64,000 nt of DNA from Blasia pusilla (taxonomy: Eukaryota), in the NCBI GenBank assembly GCA_050084515.1, contig CM114271.1:868001-932000 (forward strand), in the 5' to 3' direction. The translations under genes were made by a program, and so were the position numbers. The notes below the pieces were generated by a model. It had not been told where the DNA came from. It saw nothing but the letters and a program-made list of their open reading frames with translations, and did not search any database. Below, one piece after another: positions 1 to 11,028 of this stretch; position 1 is the first letter of the stretch, and each line of letters starts with the position of its first letter.

Positions 1-498
1 CATGTTGGGTGAGCACGGCTCCAAACCCCAACATGCTCCAATCGGTATGCAACTAGAAAGGACGCCACTAGTACAAAAACTCCTTCCCGTGAGGATGAAT
101 GCCCCAAAATGTCATCTTCTGCCTGTCCTCCAATCTGATAGGCAGCTGATGGTATGCGGCTTGCCAATCCAACGAACTGAAGACCATTGCATACCCAATC
201 GCATCAAAGATCTCCTCAAGGGTGGGCATGGCATACCTATCGGACTTCATCTGCCAATTGATAGGTCGGTAATCTCCACACATCCGTCTATCCGTCTAGT
301 TGCCATGCACATCCTTCTTGGCGGGCATGGCAGTGGCAGATGCATACTCTCCATGCGACATCTCCACTAGTCTTGCTCCAACCAAGTCATGGCTCCTATT
401 GTGAATCAGAGCCCTCTCCATGTCACTATACCTGTAGGGTTGTCGGAAGATTGGCGTGTCACTCGATAACTCAATGCAGATCCCTACACCCTTCAGTG
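1..498 (-). mobile_element. Inverted, internally deleted Ty3/Gypsy pol fragment (RT N-terminus joined directly to RNase H start), second copy of the family at 500-6925
   Basis: ORF 68..283 (MCGDYRPIN..DRYAMPTLEEIFDAIG) is Gypsy RT and is the reverse complement of about 3660-4100. Bases 1-66 are the reverse complement of about 4615-4680 (RNase H start). The two parts are joined across a GGCG microhomology. Confidence 0.85.
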
Positions 499-790
499 GC
501 CATATTGAGGAACTTACTACTTTAGGTAAGTACCATTTTGAGTATATGATCGACTTACTATTTTTGGTAAGTGGCCCTTGACCTCCTACATCAGGTCAAG
601 AGCCAAGGAGGTGACGTGGGAGAATAGGTTACCATGGAGAGAGCTTGGGAGAGGGGAGGGGTATACCTCAAGGAGAGAGAGCTTGAGAGCTCATTCTCTC
701 TTTGTTGAACCTCTTGGCATGAGGCGGCGGAGTTATGGTCCCTTGCCTTGTGAGTGTAACCCGAGCCTCTCATTAGGAGAGTGGGTTCGG

Positions 791-1293
791 TGCGCGTCTC
801 ACTACGACATGTGGCGCAATTACGCCTATGTTTTCTTGACTTATTGCCTGTGTCCGCAGTACAGGGGTACCAAAGTTCCCTACCGAGGGATATTTTGTTG
901 TTGGGGGCGCTGGACTTAGAGCGGGTAGGGACCATTGATTTGGTCATTGTCGGTTGGCCATGTCAGGGCCAATCGAGTGTTGGACGAGGCAGCGGGTTGG
1001 CTGACACTCGGTCTTGGTTGTTTTGGGAGATGTTGAGGGTCTTACGGCAGTTGCAGGAGCACCAGTCTCGTTCTCCATCCTACATTCTGGAGAATGTGCC
1101 GATCTTAGGAGACTCCAGGTCACGGGTCGTGACGAGTGCTCATCAGGTGCTCGCATGGATCGGCCCAGCAGTGTTCTTGGATGCGGCGAGTGTAGGTTCT
1201 AGAGCCCATTGCCCGCGTCTATGATGGACCAACTTGGTGCCCCATGCGGTGTTATGGAGGGCGTATGCGAGAGTGGAACGCCCCTCCCCTTTG
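791..1293 (+). pseudogene. C5 cytosine DNA methyltransferase (DNMT3-like) domain, catalytic half (motifs IV, VI, VIII)
   Basis: DLVIVGWPCQG (motif IV, catalytic PC), RSWLFWEMLRVL, YILENV (motif VI), DAASVGSRAHCPRL*WTN (motif VIII; TGA at 1222-1224 where TGG is expected). Motif I (FxGxG) is not in the window. Confidence 0.85.
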
Positions 1294-1410
1294 TTGACAT
1301 GAGAGAGAGTGCACACCTTTGAGAGCTATGGTGTGAGATGGTGTAGAGAGAGATTGGATCTTACTTTACAAAGAGAGAATGAGCTCTCAAGCTCTCTCTC
1401 CCCATACCCC

Positions 1411-1437
1411 ATGCTGATGCTCTCGGGAGCACCATGT
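1411..1437 (-). promoter_or_regulatory. Putative primer-binding site of the Gypsy element, inverted
   Basis: Minus strand reads ACA|TGGTGCTCCCGAGAGC, i.e. the LTR terminal ACA followed by TGG, complementary to a tRNA CCA end. tRNA identity not verified. Confidence 0.55.
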
Positions 1438-2862
1438 AGCTTGCTGATTTGTATTTTTACAGATGTTACATTTTCGTTGGGAGAAATCAGCGCGGGAGCG
1501 CTGCCGAATTTTGTGTAGGAGAAAGAGACATTGGGCTTTACGACATTCCCTCTCAGTTTTTACTGAAATGTCTGATATTTTTTTGTGCTGGCGTAGATCG
1601 TGAAACTGTGCACGTTGTGCAACAAATAGTGCGCAATTTGGAGTTGCGAGCAAAAAGTTATGGTCAATCTTGTAAAGCTGCCATTGCTAGGTGATTTTTA
1701 GGGTTAAATTGTGCAAACCCTAAATCAGCCGCCACACCGGCGGCGGCCGTCGCCATCATAGTCACCGTCAACGGTCAACCGTCACCGTCGACGGTCAACT
1801 GTCACCGTCACCATCAGCGGTCAACCGTCACTGTCAACGGTCCACCGTCCATTGTCCACCCTTTGGGTGCCATTGCCGCCATTACGGAGTGGAGGGTCTT
1901 CCACGACGTTCGTTGATTCCTTGACTTGCGTCGCCACCACGTACTTTGTTTTGGCCGTCACTGTCATCGCAGTTTCTTCATCAACCAGTGATGGCAGATG
2001 ACCTCCGATTATGGTGTTTGAGTTTTGATTTCATGCTGTTATGTTGTGATTGGTAGCCGCTCGACGACGATCGAGTATCGTCTTTGTGGCGCTGTAAGCC
2101 GCGCGCCGCCGATTGTTGCCGCTTCGTGGCGGACCGCACCGTCTCGATCGCGGAGCCGCACCGTCATTGTGGAGCAGAGTGTGGGATTATTATTGATTGA
2201 GGATGGTATGCCGCCGAGTTCCGCATCCCACCATCGAGGGCCGTGCCGTTCGTAGCCGTTCCGTGCCGCCTGCAACGCCGCACCGTTCCCCTGGGACCGC
2301 ACTGTCTATCGAGGAGTTTTGAGCAGCATCAGTATGGGAGGAGTATGACTTGCTGATTGGAGGAGTTGTCTCCATGATCGAGTTGGGGTCGAGATTTGCA
2401 GTTGCTGAGGAGCGACATCGACATGTGTTCAAGTTACCCATTCTGGTCCTTTACCCTCCACGTGTGAGGGATTCTGGGATTTATTTGGGGATATTGGGTG
2501 TGTGGATGCTGAGAGCATCATTTATGTATGTGGTCTAGGGGACATAGACCTGTGTGGGATGTCCGGAGTTGAGGGTAGGTTGTTGATGAGATGAGCCTGG
2601 TCGATTTGCCTCACCACGCCGCGTGTTGCCGCACGTTACACGTCTCGGGGAGAGAGAGTGTGAGATCGAGGCGTGGAGGCTCTACTATGACCCACATTAT
2701 GTGTCATGGATGGAGCCGTTCCCAGATGAGGAGGAGGAGTTAGGAGACGCTACTGCCTCTTCCACTAGTGACGTTTTAGGAGGAGTCACTCACACGGGAG
2801 CAGTTGCACCGTCTAGTCGGGTTTGTCCCAGGTTCAACCCTGTGGTTGAGTTCTTTGCTGAG

Positions 2863-3200
2863 TAGTGGATTCCATTCTGGATCCAGGTCGTCAATCACAG
2901 GCAGTGAGGCACGATGATCGACCACCGCTGACTGTGGTCAACAGGGTAGGCAGGCCGCGGGCAGCCTTGCCCACGTTTGTGAGTTTTCCCGCTTCCTATG
3001 CATACAAGGAGGCCGAACCTGGCTTGGTTTGGGATGACCAGGTTCAGCGGTTGGTGGAGCCCAACGCCGACGAGAGAGAGCGAGCGATGGGATTTCCCAC
3101 AGGAGTGACGACAGTACCATCAGTGTCAGAGGCATCACGACGCCATGTCTTGGGTCAGGCAATGGACCTAAACTGCTTGACATGGATCCTCAGCTTGGGA
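2863..3200 (+). pseudogene. C5 cytosine DNA methyltransferase domain, C-terminal half (motifs IX-X), upstream of RT
   Basis: EPNADERERAMGFPTGVT (motif IX, resembles DNMT3 ExERxxGFPxxYT) and SRRHVLGQAMD (motif X). Joining 1293 to 2863 gives a continuous frame ..ERPSPLLVDSILDPGR.. Confidence 0.82.
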
Positions 3201-5303
3201 GTGGCTGAGCAGCGTCGTATGAGATCGCGACAGATCACAGCGGTTGCGTTGGTGAGCCCCATGCCTACCGAGACGATGGAGGCAGTGGCTGGGGGCGAGA
3301 CCCGAGGAGATCTACGCACCAGGGGAGATTGGGAGAGACACCCTTGGACTTCTTCGGATGTTTTGAAGGTACGCAAGGAGATGATAGCCACAACATCGAG
3401 CGTGGTTTCGGGCACTGCACGTGGAGGAGATCAGAGTTTGCAGTTGGCTGCAGGAGAGTGGCAGAGTGTTGTTGTTCGAGACGGGGTTGCACTATAGCAA
3501 CCACCGATACCCGCGCCGGAGAGTCCTACCGTAGTCACGATGGAGACTTGGGAGCCAGATATGGGCCCTAAGTTGACAGGAGGAGAGCGGCGCCGAATAC
3601 ATCAATTCCTCAAGAGCTATAGGAGCTGCTTTGCGGTTACCATGGAGGATTTGGGTACGTTGAAGGGACCGGGGATCCGCATTGAGTTGTCGAGTGATAT
3701 GTCGATCTTCCGACGACCCTACAGGTACAGTGAATCCTACTCTGAATCAGAGAGGGCTTTGATTCAGAGTAGGAGCCAGGACTTGGTCGGAGCAGGACTA
3801 GTGGAGATGTCGCATGGGGAGTATGCATCTGCCACTGTCATGCCCGCCAAGAAGGATGTGCATGGCAACTGGACGGATAGACGGATGTGTGGGGATTACC
3901 GACCTATCAATCGCGATTTAAGTCCGATAGGTATGCCATGCCCACCCTCGAGGAGATCTTTGATGCGATTGGTCATGCAAAGGTCTTGATTCATTGATTT
4001 ATGAGCCGAATACCATCACCGCCTATCAGATTGGAGGACAAAGCGTAAGACGGCATTTTGGGGCATCGATCCTCACGGGAAGGATTGTTTGTACCGGTGG
4101 CGGTTCTTACCATCAGGTTAAAGAACGCCTCGGATGAGTTTTAGAGGGTCATGGATAGGATCTTGGCTGATGTCCGGATTACGCTAGGTGTTATATTGAT
4201 GACATCGTAGTCTTTAGCGCCACGATTGAGGAGCATGAGCAACATCTAGAGGAGGTGTTTCAACGATTGCAATTACATGGGTGAAGCTACATCGAGGCAA
4301 GTGCAAGTTCTTCTACGACCAGATTGAGTACTTGGGTCATACGATATACCGGGGCCTTGGTGTTCAGCAAACGAAGGTAGAGGCTATCTCACGCATTCCA
4401 CGCCCTCTGAGATGTGAGCCGTGTTCGGCGCATTCATGGGATTGGCAAACTTCTATCGGCGATCACGTCAAAGGGATTGGTGATTATGAAGCCGCTCACC
4501 TTGCTGACCAAGGTGGATCACGAGTGGCACTTTGGGGGATAAGCGAGGAGCGAGCATTTGAGTTGCTCAGGGACAAAGTTGACATCCGCACCCATCTTGA
4601 GGAGACCGATCGGGGGCGTCCTTTCGATTGCACCTGATTGGAGCATGTTGGGGCTTGGAGCGGTGCTCACCCAAAGATGATGATGAGGGTAGAGAGTTCG
4701 TGGTGGCTTACGCTAGCCGCTCGAACAACGTTGCAGAGGCGAAGTAACAGCTCATATGAGGGTGAGTGCTTGGTCGGTGTGGGTGTCGCGCATTTCAGGT
4801 GTTACTTATTCGGCAACCCTTTACCATCATCATCGATCATCAACCCATGAAGTGGTTGATCGAGTCCGACAAGCTTACAGGGAAGCTTGCGAGATGGGCT
4901 CTGTTGTTGAAGGAGTATGATTTTCAAGTGGTACATAGACCTCGGACGCTCAACCAGGATGCAGATGGGTTGAGTCGTAACCCATGCGCAAGTCGGCCGA
5001 GATGCGATCGACCAGCTCGATGGCATGGAGAGTGATGAGGAGTTGGTGCCAGGATGGCACGCGTCCACCTATTTAGGCATGTTGGCTATGGAGAGCCGAG
5101 TGTGGAGACCGATGGCGAGGTCTAGTGGAGAGTCCTTGGATCCCGAGGCCAGTGAGGACACGACAAGTGGCCGAGATATTCATGATGATGGAGTAGTCTT
5201 GGAGTACCTTCGTACTGGCAGCGTTGAGAACATCGTGGATGCTAGAGAGCGGGATCGGATCCTATAGCGGGCCAGACGGTTCCGTTGGGAGGGGACACAT
5301 GTT

Positions 5304-6617
5304 TTGAGTGTTTGGGAGGATGGCAGAGTACGCGTAGTGCCACATCTTTCGCAGAGAGCACGACTAGTGCAGCATGCCCATGAGGAGTTGGGTCACTTTG
5401 GGGTGAAGCGGACGTACAGCTTGCTCCAGATTCAGTATTGGTGGCGAGGCATGCAGACTGACGTTCAGCAGTTTGTTGCCAGGTGCATGGTGTGTGATCG
5501 GGTCCGAGCATCGTTCAATGCTCCGACTCCACAGTTGCATCCATTACCGATCATGGGCTTAGGGTATAGATGGAGTTTGGATTTTGCAGGACCTTTGCCC
5601 TTGACGGGCGTCCGCGATCGTTATGTGTTGGTGATGGTCGAGCACTTCTCGGAGTGGATCGAGTTGGTTGCATTGCCTGAAAAAGCGAGTGAGGGAGTAG
5701 CTTATGCCTTCCTTGACAGAGTGTTGAGTCATTATGGCGCACCGGCTGAGGTGTTGACAGACCAGGGTACCGAGTTTCGCGGTGAATTCCAGGCCTTGTG
5801 TGATCAGGCGCTGATCAACCACCACCGACGGTCGCGAGATCATCCTGAGGCGGATGGATTAGCGGAGAGAGTTGTGCAGACGGTGAAGAGGGGTTTACGC
5901 AAGTTTGGCTTGCAGAGAAGTCACCTAGGAGATTGGGACCTCCAGTTGCCATGGTTGGCGATGGGATACAGATTCAACAGGCAGGCATCCTTAGCGTCTT
6001 TTTCACCGTACTTGCTACTTTATGGCCGAGAGCCAGATTTACCTGCGGCCATTCGTCGAGATGCTGGTGAGGTGCTTGACCTTGATGACCCAGATGTATG
6101 GGTGCGAGCATGTTCTCAGAGGGCTGAGTTATTTTGGAGAGTGATGCCCATGGCGTTCGAGAACTTGGCGATTGCACAACATCGGGATACGTTGAGGTAT
6201 GCGACTATTCGGGGTGGTGGTTATCGACCAACTATCCGGAGGTTTCATCAGGGAGATTATGTCTACTTGCAGCAGATGGCACCGACGACATTGGATGTGA
6301 CTGTAGGGCGCACTATCCTGAGAGTGCGTGACATTTTGCCATCAGGTGTTCTCTTGCCGGAGGGACGCGATGGTATGGTATGGAAGGACCATGTGCGTAA
6401 TTGTGCACCATGTCACCTTCCTAACATTGATGGTACAGTAGATCCGAGCTTAGCAGTAGTTCCTGCAGGCTTGCGTTGTATGTTGTGTGGTTCTGCCCGT
6501 GGTGCGACCACAATGCTAGTCTGTGATGGGTGTTTGAGAGGATGGCATATGGCATGTTTGACGCCACCTCTCACTAGGGTTCCTCAGGGACGATGGATGT
6601 GTCCCAGATGTATATAG
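5304..6617 (+). CDS. Gypsy integrase (HHCC + DDE) with C-terminal PHD finger; open remnant of pol
   Basis: HAHEELGHFG..CMVC; DFAGP..DQGTEF..GLAER; terminal CMLC..VCDGC..WHMAC..WMCPRC is a C4HC3 PHD finger (about 6477-6611). Confidence 0.9.
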   Translation: MSVWEDGRVRVVPHLSQRARLVQHAHEELGHFGVKRTYSLLQIQYWWRGMQTDVQQFVARCMVCDRVRASFNAPTPQLHPLPIMGLGYRWSLDFAGPLPLTGVRDRYVLVMVEHFSEWIELVALPEKASEGVAYAFLDRVLSHYGAPAEVLTDQGTEFRGEFQALCDQALINHHRRSRDHPEADGLAERVVQTVKRGLRKFGLQRSHLGDWDLQLPWLAMGYRFNRQASLASFSPYLLLYGREPDLPAAIRRDAGEVLDLDDPDVWVRACSQRAELFWRVMPMAFENLAIAQHRDTLRYATIRGGGYRPTIRRFHQGDYVYLQQMAPTTLDVTVGRTILRVRDILPSGVLLPEGRDGMVWKDHVRNCAPCHLPNIDGTVDPSLAVVPAGLRCMLCGSARGATTMLVCDGCLRGWHMACLTPPLTRVPQGRWMCPRCI

Positions 6618-9600
6618 AGTAGGTAGTTCTACATTCCGACTTGTGTCTGTGACATGGATGACAAGGAGGCGACTAACGATGGGGCCACATGAGCATCCGG
6701 CCTTCTTGCTCTTAGCGTCCGAGAGATGTATGTCATGGTAGGTAGGGATAGATGGCTATCTGGAGTTAGAGGGACCTAACCACCAGCTAGGGGGGCGATT
6801 GGAGATATTTTGGTACTTCTTGTCTCGTTGTTTGGATGCCATGAGTTAGCATGGGATCATGCGTGTTTGTGTGTGTGTTTGGTGACAGCGATGTATGTTG
6901 TGTAGCGATGTGTATGCGCACGATACCACTAAGGAGATCTTTTCTTTGGTTTCTTATGAGATTCATATAACTCACTAATAATATGATAGCAATATGTGTT
7001 TATCATATACAAATATTTTTTATCATATTATTAGAAAGTTATATGAAATCATTATATTATTTCTATATTACTTCTTCTTTTGTCATATCATATGCCTTTC
7101 TAATCCTTTACAAATTTACTCTTGAATTTATCATATTAAAATTTCTAAGACATGTAGGGCTAGATCAAGAATCATTCGCAAATTTGTATTCAGAGGTTGG
7201 GAAGGATTATGTCCTTTTACATTTGGATCTAGGTGATGATTTTATACAAGTTCCATATGTGATGATTATCAAGACCATAACACTTTATAATCTCATTAAT
7301 ACATTTCAAGGAGATAATGATGATAAATGAAGTGATTTGGACTTCTTGATTGGTACAACCATTCCTTTGACAAATAATAATACAATGGATGTTATTATTG
7401 TGTATGTCTTTTTTTGTTTTATATATATATCCTTGATGTACAATTATGGTTGAAGCCTATCTTTTGATTGTCTAAATGGGGGACCAAAGGGTAAGACAAC
7501 ATGAGGATGACATCTCCATGACTCGGTGTAGCTTTGAGTTTATTTTAGGTTTGTTGATGTTATGTACAACAACTCTTGTGTCCGGTATATTATCCACAAA
7601 ACTCTTAAATACATCCTTGTTGTGGTATGCTAAAAGGGTTGCCATGACAAATGCTAAGAAACAAGTATATTCTTGTCTCAAACTGCACTTTAGATCACTT
7701 ATTCTTTCAATGTACGTGTTGTTGTCATTGTTGACAAAATCGAGAAGATTCCAAGTGTATTGAGCTACTCATGCGATTCTCCGTTTTGTAGTCAAGGGCT
7801 TCTATATATGTTGATGAGTGTAGCTTCATCTACATTCCCAATGATACTTTCTCATCTTAAGATTGGACTAGTGGTCAATGGTAAGGGAATATCTTATTAC
7901 GTATCGATTATTGAGCGAGGTTGACTCTTACCCTTACGCATGGGTGCAAAATTTTCAAAGTCTCATTATCTCAACTCCTATTGTAGAGACCAAATAACAT
8001 TGCATACAACGTTAACTAATATCCATGGGATAAAAAACTCAAGACTAAAGATGGAAAATTTTACACGCATTGGGAAGTTAACCTTTTGTATACGTGTGTG
8101 CCTGAACTTATTATGGAATATAATAGCCAATGAAAGGAAAAGTAGCAAAGTGCGAGCATCATTTTATGAATATTTAAGCAAATCGTGTCAAATTTTCCAA
8201 ATTACAATTTTCATAGTTGAAAACTAGTAAGAATTGACAAACCCAATTTGAAAGAACATGGTTAAAATATCATTCAAAAGACATAATGACATGACAAAGT
8301 AAAAATCATGCAAAGAGATACAAAACATGTTATGAATTTTTCGTGTAATAATTTCGCAATGCTAATATAAGTTGTCATATCATGATTGTCGAAATGTGAA
8401 TGTGATCTTGATTAAAACTAGGTATAAGCTAAGATATTTAGACTATCTTTCGAAATGTAGTCCAAATTAGTGTTTTGTGCAAACATAACATGGAGTAGTG
8501 TGAACACATGCAATGTTCAAAAGTGGCTCTAAAAATTTGCAAAAATCATAAAAGATAGTACGCACATGGTGCAAAATGAGGACACATTTGCATTGATATG
8601 CACAAAAAATTAACATTGATCAAGTAGAAACATTATGTGGAGGTGTCTAGATTGAAATGCAGAAAAGAGACATATTTAGTTCAATGGGCCTTAATGGAGT
8701 AACACATTTTCTCATTTTCTTTCCTCCTACAAAAACAAAGATCCACAATTTCCTCATACTTGATCAACACTGTTCATGCACAAGACCACCACCAATGAGA
8801 CATAAAATTAGGGCATGAGTATACGATAATAGGAGTATGCATGATGACACTTGCAAGACTACTCGGAGAAGTAAAGATTATGAATGCAAAACTAGACGAA
8901 AATGATAGCGAGCATGCAAAAGATTATGAGGGATGAATATGATTGCAAACCCAATGAGAATTGCAATGTTATCTCATGAGAGTAATGTGCAAATGCTATA
9001 GGAAAAGAGTGCAAACGCAAAAGTGGAGGGAAGGCAAACCATGTGTGCAATGAAAGATTTACCATGTGAATACGCAATGGGAGTACCACGAAAATAAAAC
9101 AAACCAATGATAATAGAGGAAATCATGATGTAAAAGCCCATTGCGCCGCCACTTAACTCCAATAGGGAAACAAATTTCCACTTAGTCTTGAGAGTTTAAG
9201 TTATGCATCAAATGATGAGACAAAAGACAACTTCCACGCCATTACTAGATTGAAGAGAAGGAAAATGTGTTTAAAGGTCGCTTCCTTAAACATTGTAGAT
9301 GGGCAATTAACTACAAACTACAAAATAAGGTTGTTCAATCTGTCTCCACTCCCTAACTAATTACTAATAGGAATGTCCGCTGTAACGTCACATGATCACT
9401 AATGCAATAGGACGTTTCATAAACATACCGTAGGGTCAGACATCTGAGTATGTAATTTTTTATATGGCCAAATGCGGTCCGGGGGTGTCATATGAGGTGG
9501 ACACTCATCTCTTTCAGATGGATGTCTAAGATCACTATGGGTGTATTTACCACATACGCCTTAGAGATCACGTAATCTATGAGGATTGAACTTCCTTCGA

Positions 9601-10279
9601 GATAAATGGAAGTTGTCCCTATTTTATGGTCAAACGCTTGAAGGCTGTCAAAAAATTTACGTCCTCCAAGTGAGATGCCCTATTTTTGTTTCTCAAGACT
9701 TTACCTTACATACGGGGCGACAAGACATGAGCAATTACTTAAGAATGCGGGGATCATCTTGCCTTGCCCCAATCCTTAAACCATATCTAAGACAAGTGAT
9801 TGGATGTCCAACATCAAAGAAAATAAGGAGGCGCATCAATGGCAATGACAATTGGGACACTTTCCTTGCTTTCTTGCATTTAGAAGGGACGTGGCTTGGG
9901 ATATGACGGATGCCATACATATTCCGAGAATGTAGATATCTATATTATTAAAAGAGGACGGGGTTTGGAGAACCCCTCCTATGGTGTCGAAACGTAAGCG
10001 TTTTGAAACCTTCCCGTGTTGACACAAGTAAGGGGCCAAAGATACGATTAATTAAGTGATAAACGCTCATTTTTTCACTCGCACAACGCGTAGGAAGCAT
10101 ACTAATAGGGATTATAACTAGTGTGCGACCCTTTTCCCCACCCCCACTCAATAAGGGTGGGGAAGATCTACTCTTTCTAAAAATACTTAGAAAATAAAAT
10201 AAAATGTATTTTAAAAATTATGCTACCAAAGGCATAACACCTCTTACAAATCTCATTATATTTGGGACCCTAATCACAT

Positions 10280-10420
10280 GATTAGAGGATTTATACGGAC
10301 GGATCCTATAAAAGAAGTCACCGAACTAGAGGGCCTATACGTACGGATTCCATAAACGAGTCACGGAATCATAGGGCCTATACGGACGCATTCCATAAAA
10401 GAAGTCACGGGATTAGAGCG
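10280..10420. repeat. About 44-bp tandem repeat, 3 copies
   Basis: Unit approximates TAGAGGGCCTATACGGACGGATTCCATAAAAGAAGTCACGGAA, repeated three times upstream of the CTF7 gene. Confidence 0.75.
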
Positions 10421-10689
10421 CGTATGGGGCCTTTGGAGGTGCCCTGTGGAAGTAGAGGAGCTCCCGTCCGTCCCCCTCCACTCCACTCCCACTACGGGAA
10501 CACTAAATTTGAACGGACGGGATACCTATAATTCCAACAACAATTCGCCTATAGATCTCCGATTTCGACGCGCTACTGCTGCGAAATCGCTCCTTCTCCG
10601 TCGCGCAACCACTGCAATCGAGGTACGCAATTGCAGAAGTGGATGGTATTTCCGGCGATCAGATCGCCTTGAGAGAACACGTAGAGCGA

Positions 10690-10738
10690 GATGGAGAGAG
10701 AGAGAGGGGCTGAAACTTTGAACTATTGAGAGAGAGTG

Positions 10739-10782
<44 letters not shown>

Positions 10783-10923
10783 TGAAGGAATTGATTTGTT
10801 GTCTACGGGGATCCAAAGGACCATGGGATTTTGATGAGAGAGAGAGAGGGGATCCAAAGGACATAAAGAAGGAGAGATCAAGAGATCCAGAGGAATCAAT
10901 TGTTTTTGAACACTCTAGAGCAT

Positions 10924-10956
<33 letters not shown>
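10690..10956. repeat. Interrupted (GA)n microsatellite cluster in the CTF7 5' region
   Basis: GA runs at about 10693-10706, 10742-10777, 10835-10847 and 10926-10956. Confidence 0.9.
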
Positions 10957-10959
<3 letters not shown>

Positions 10960-11028
10960 ACGTCTCGAAATTACAGGAATTGGTCGCCCAAGAAAACACG
11001 GACTGAGACTGTGGGGCAGGCGATACCA

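Larger units (their letters stand above)
500..6925 (+). mobile_element. Rearranged, degenerate Ty3/Gypsy LTR retrotransposon with domain order DNMT - RT - RNase H - integrase - PHD
   Basis: RT (RRPYRYS, RMCGDYR, YIDD at 4192-4203), RNase H (DHQPMKWL, KLARWALLLKEYDF, NQDADGLSR), integrase (HHCC zinc finger and DDE core), polypurine tract AGGGGGGGCGA at about 6789-6798, and LTR pieces at 500-790, 1294-1368 and 6798-6925 matching the solo LTR at 34981-35622. Confidence 0.9.

Noticed and set aside
578-919. ORFs MTSYIRSRAKEVTWENRLPW.. repeated at 35205 and elsewhere
   Set aside because: Chance frames within the repeated LTR; not conserved as ORFs across copies and no protein motifs.
781-1224. Host DNMT3/DRM gene or bacterial restriction-modification methylase
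   Set aside because: No introns and no UBA/PWWP domains or restriction partner; motif order is not DRM-permuted; it is embedded in LTR sequence and continues in frame toward RT.
6983-9200. Short hydrophobic ORFs in AT-rich DNA
   Set aside because: Low-complexity AT-rich frames with no motifs or splice structure.
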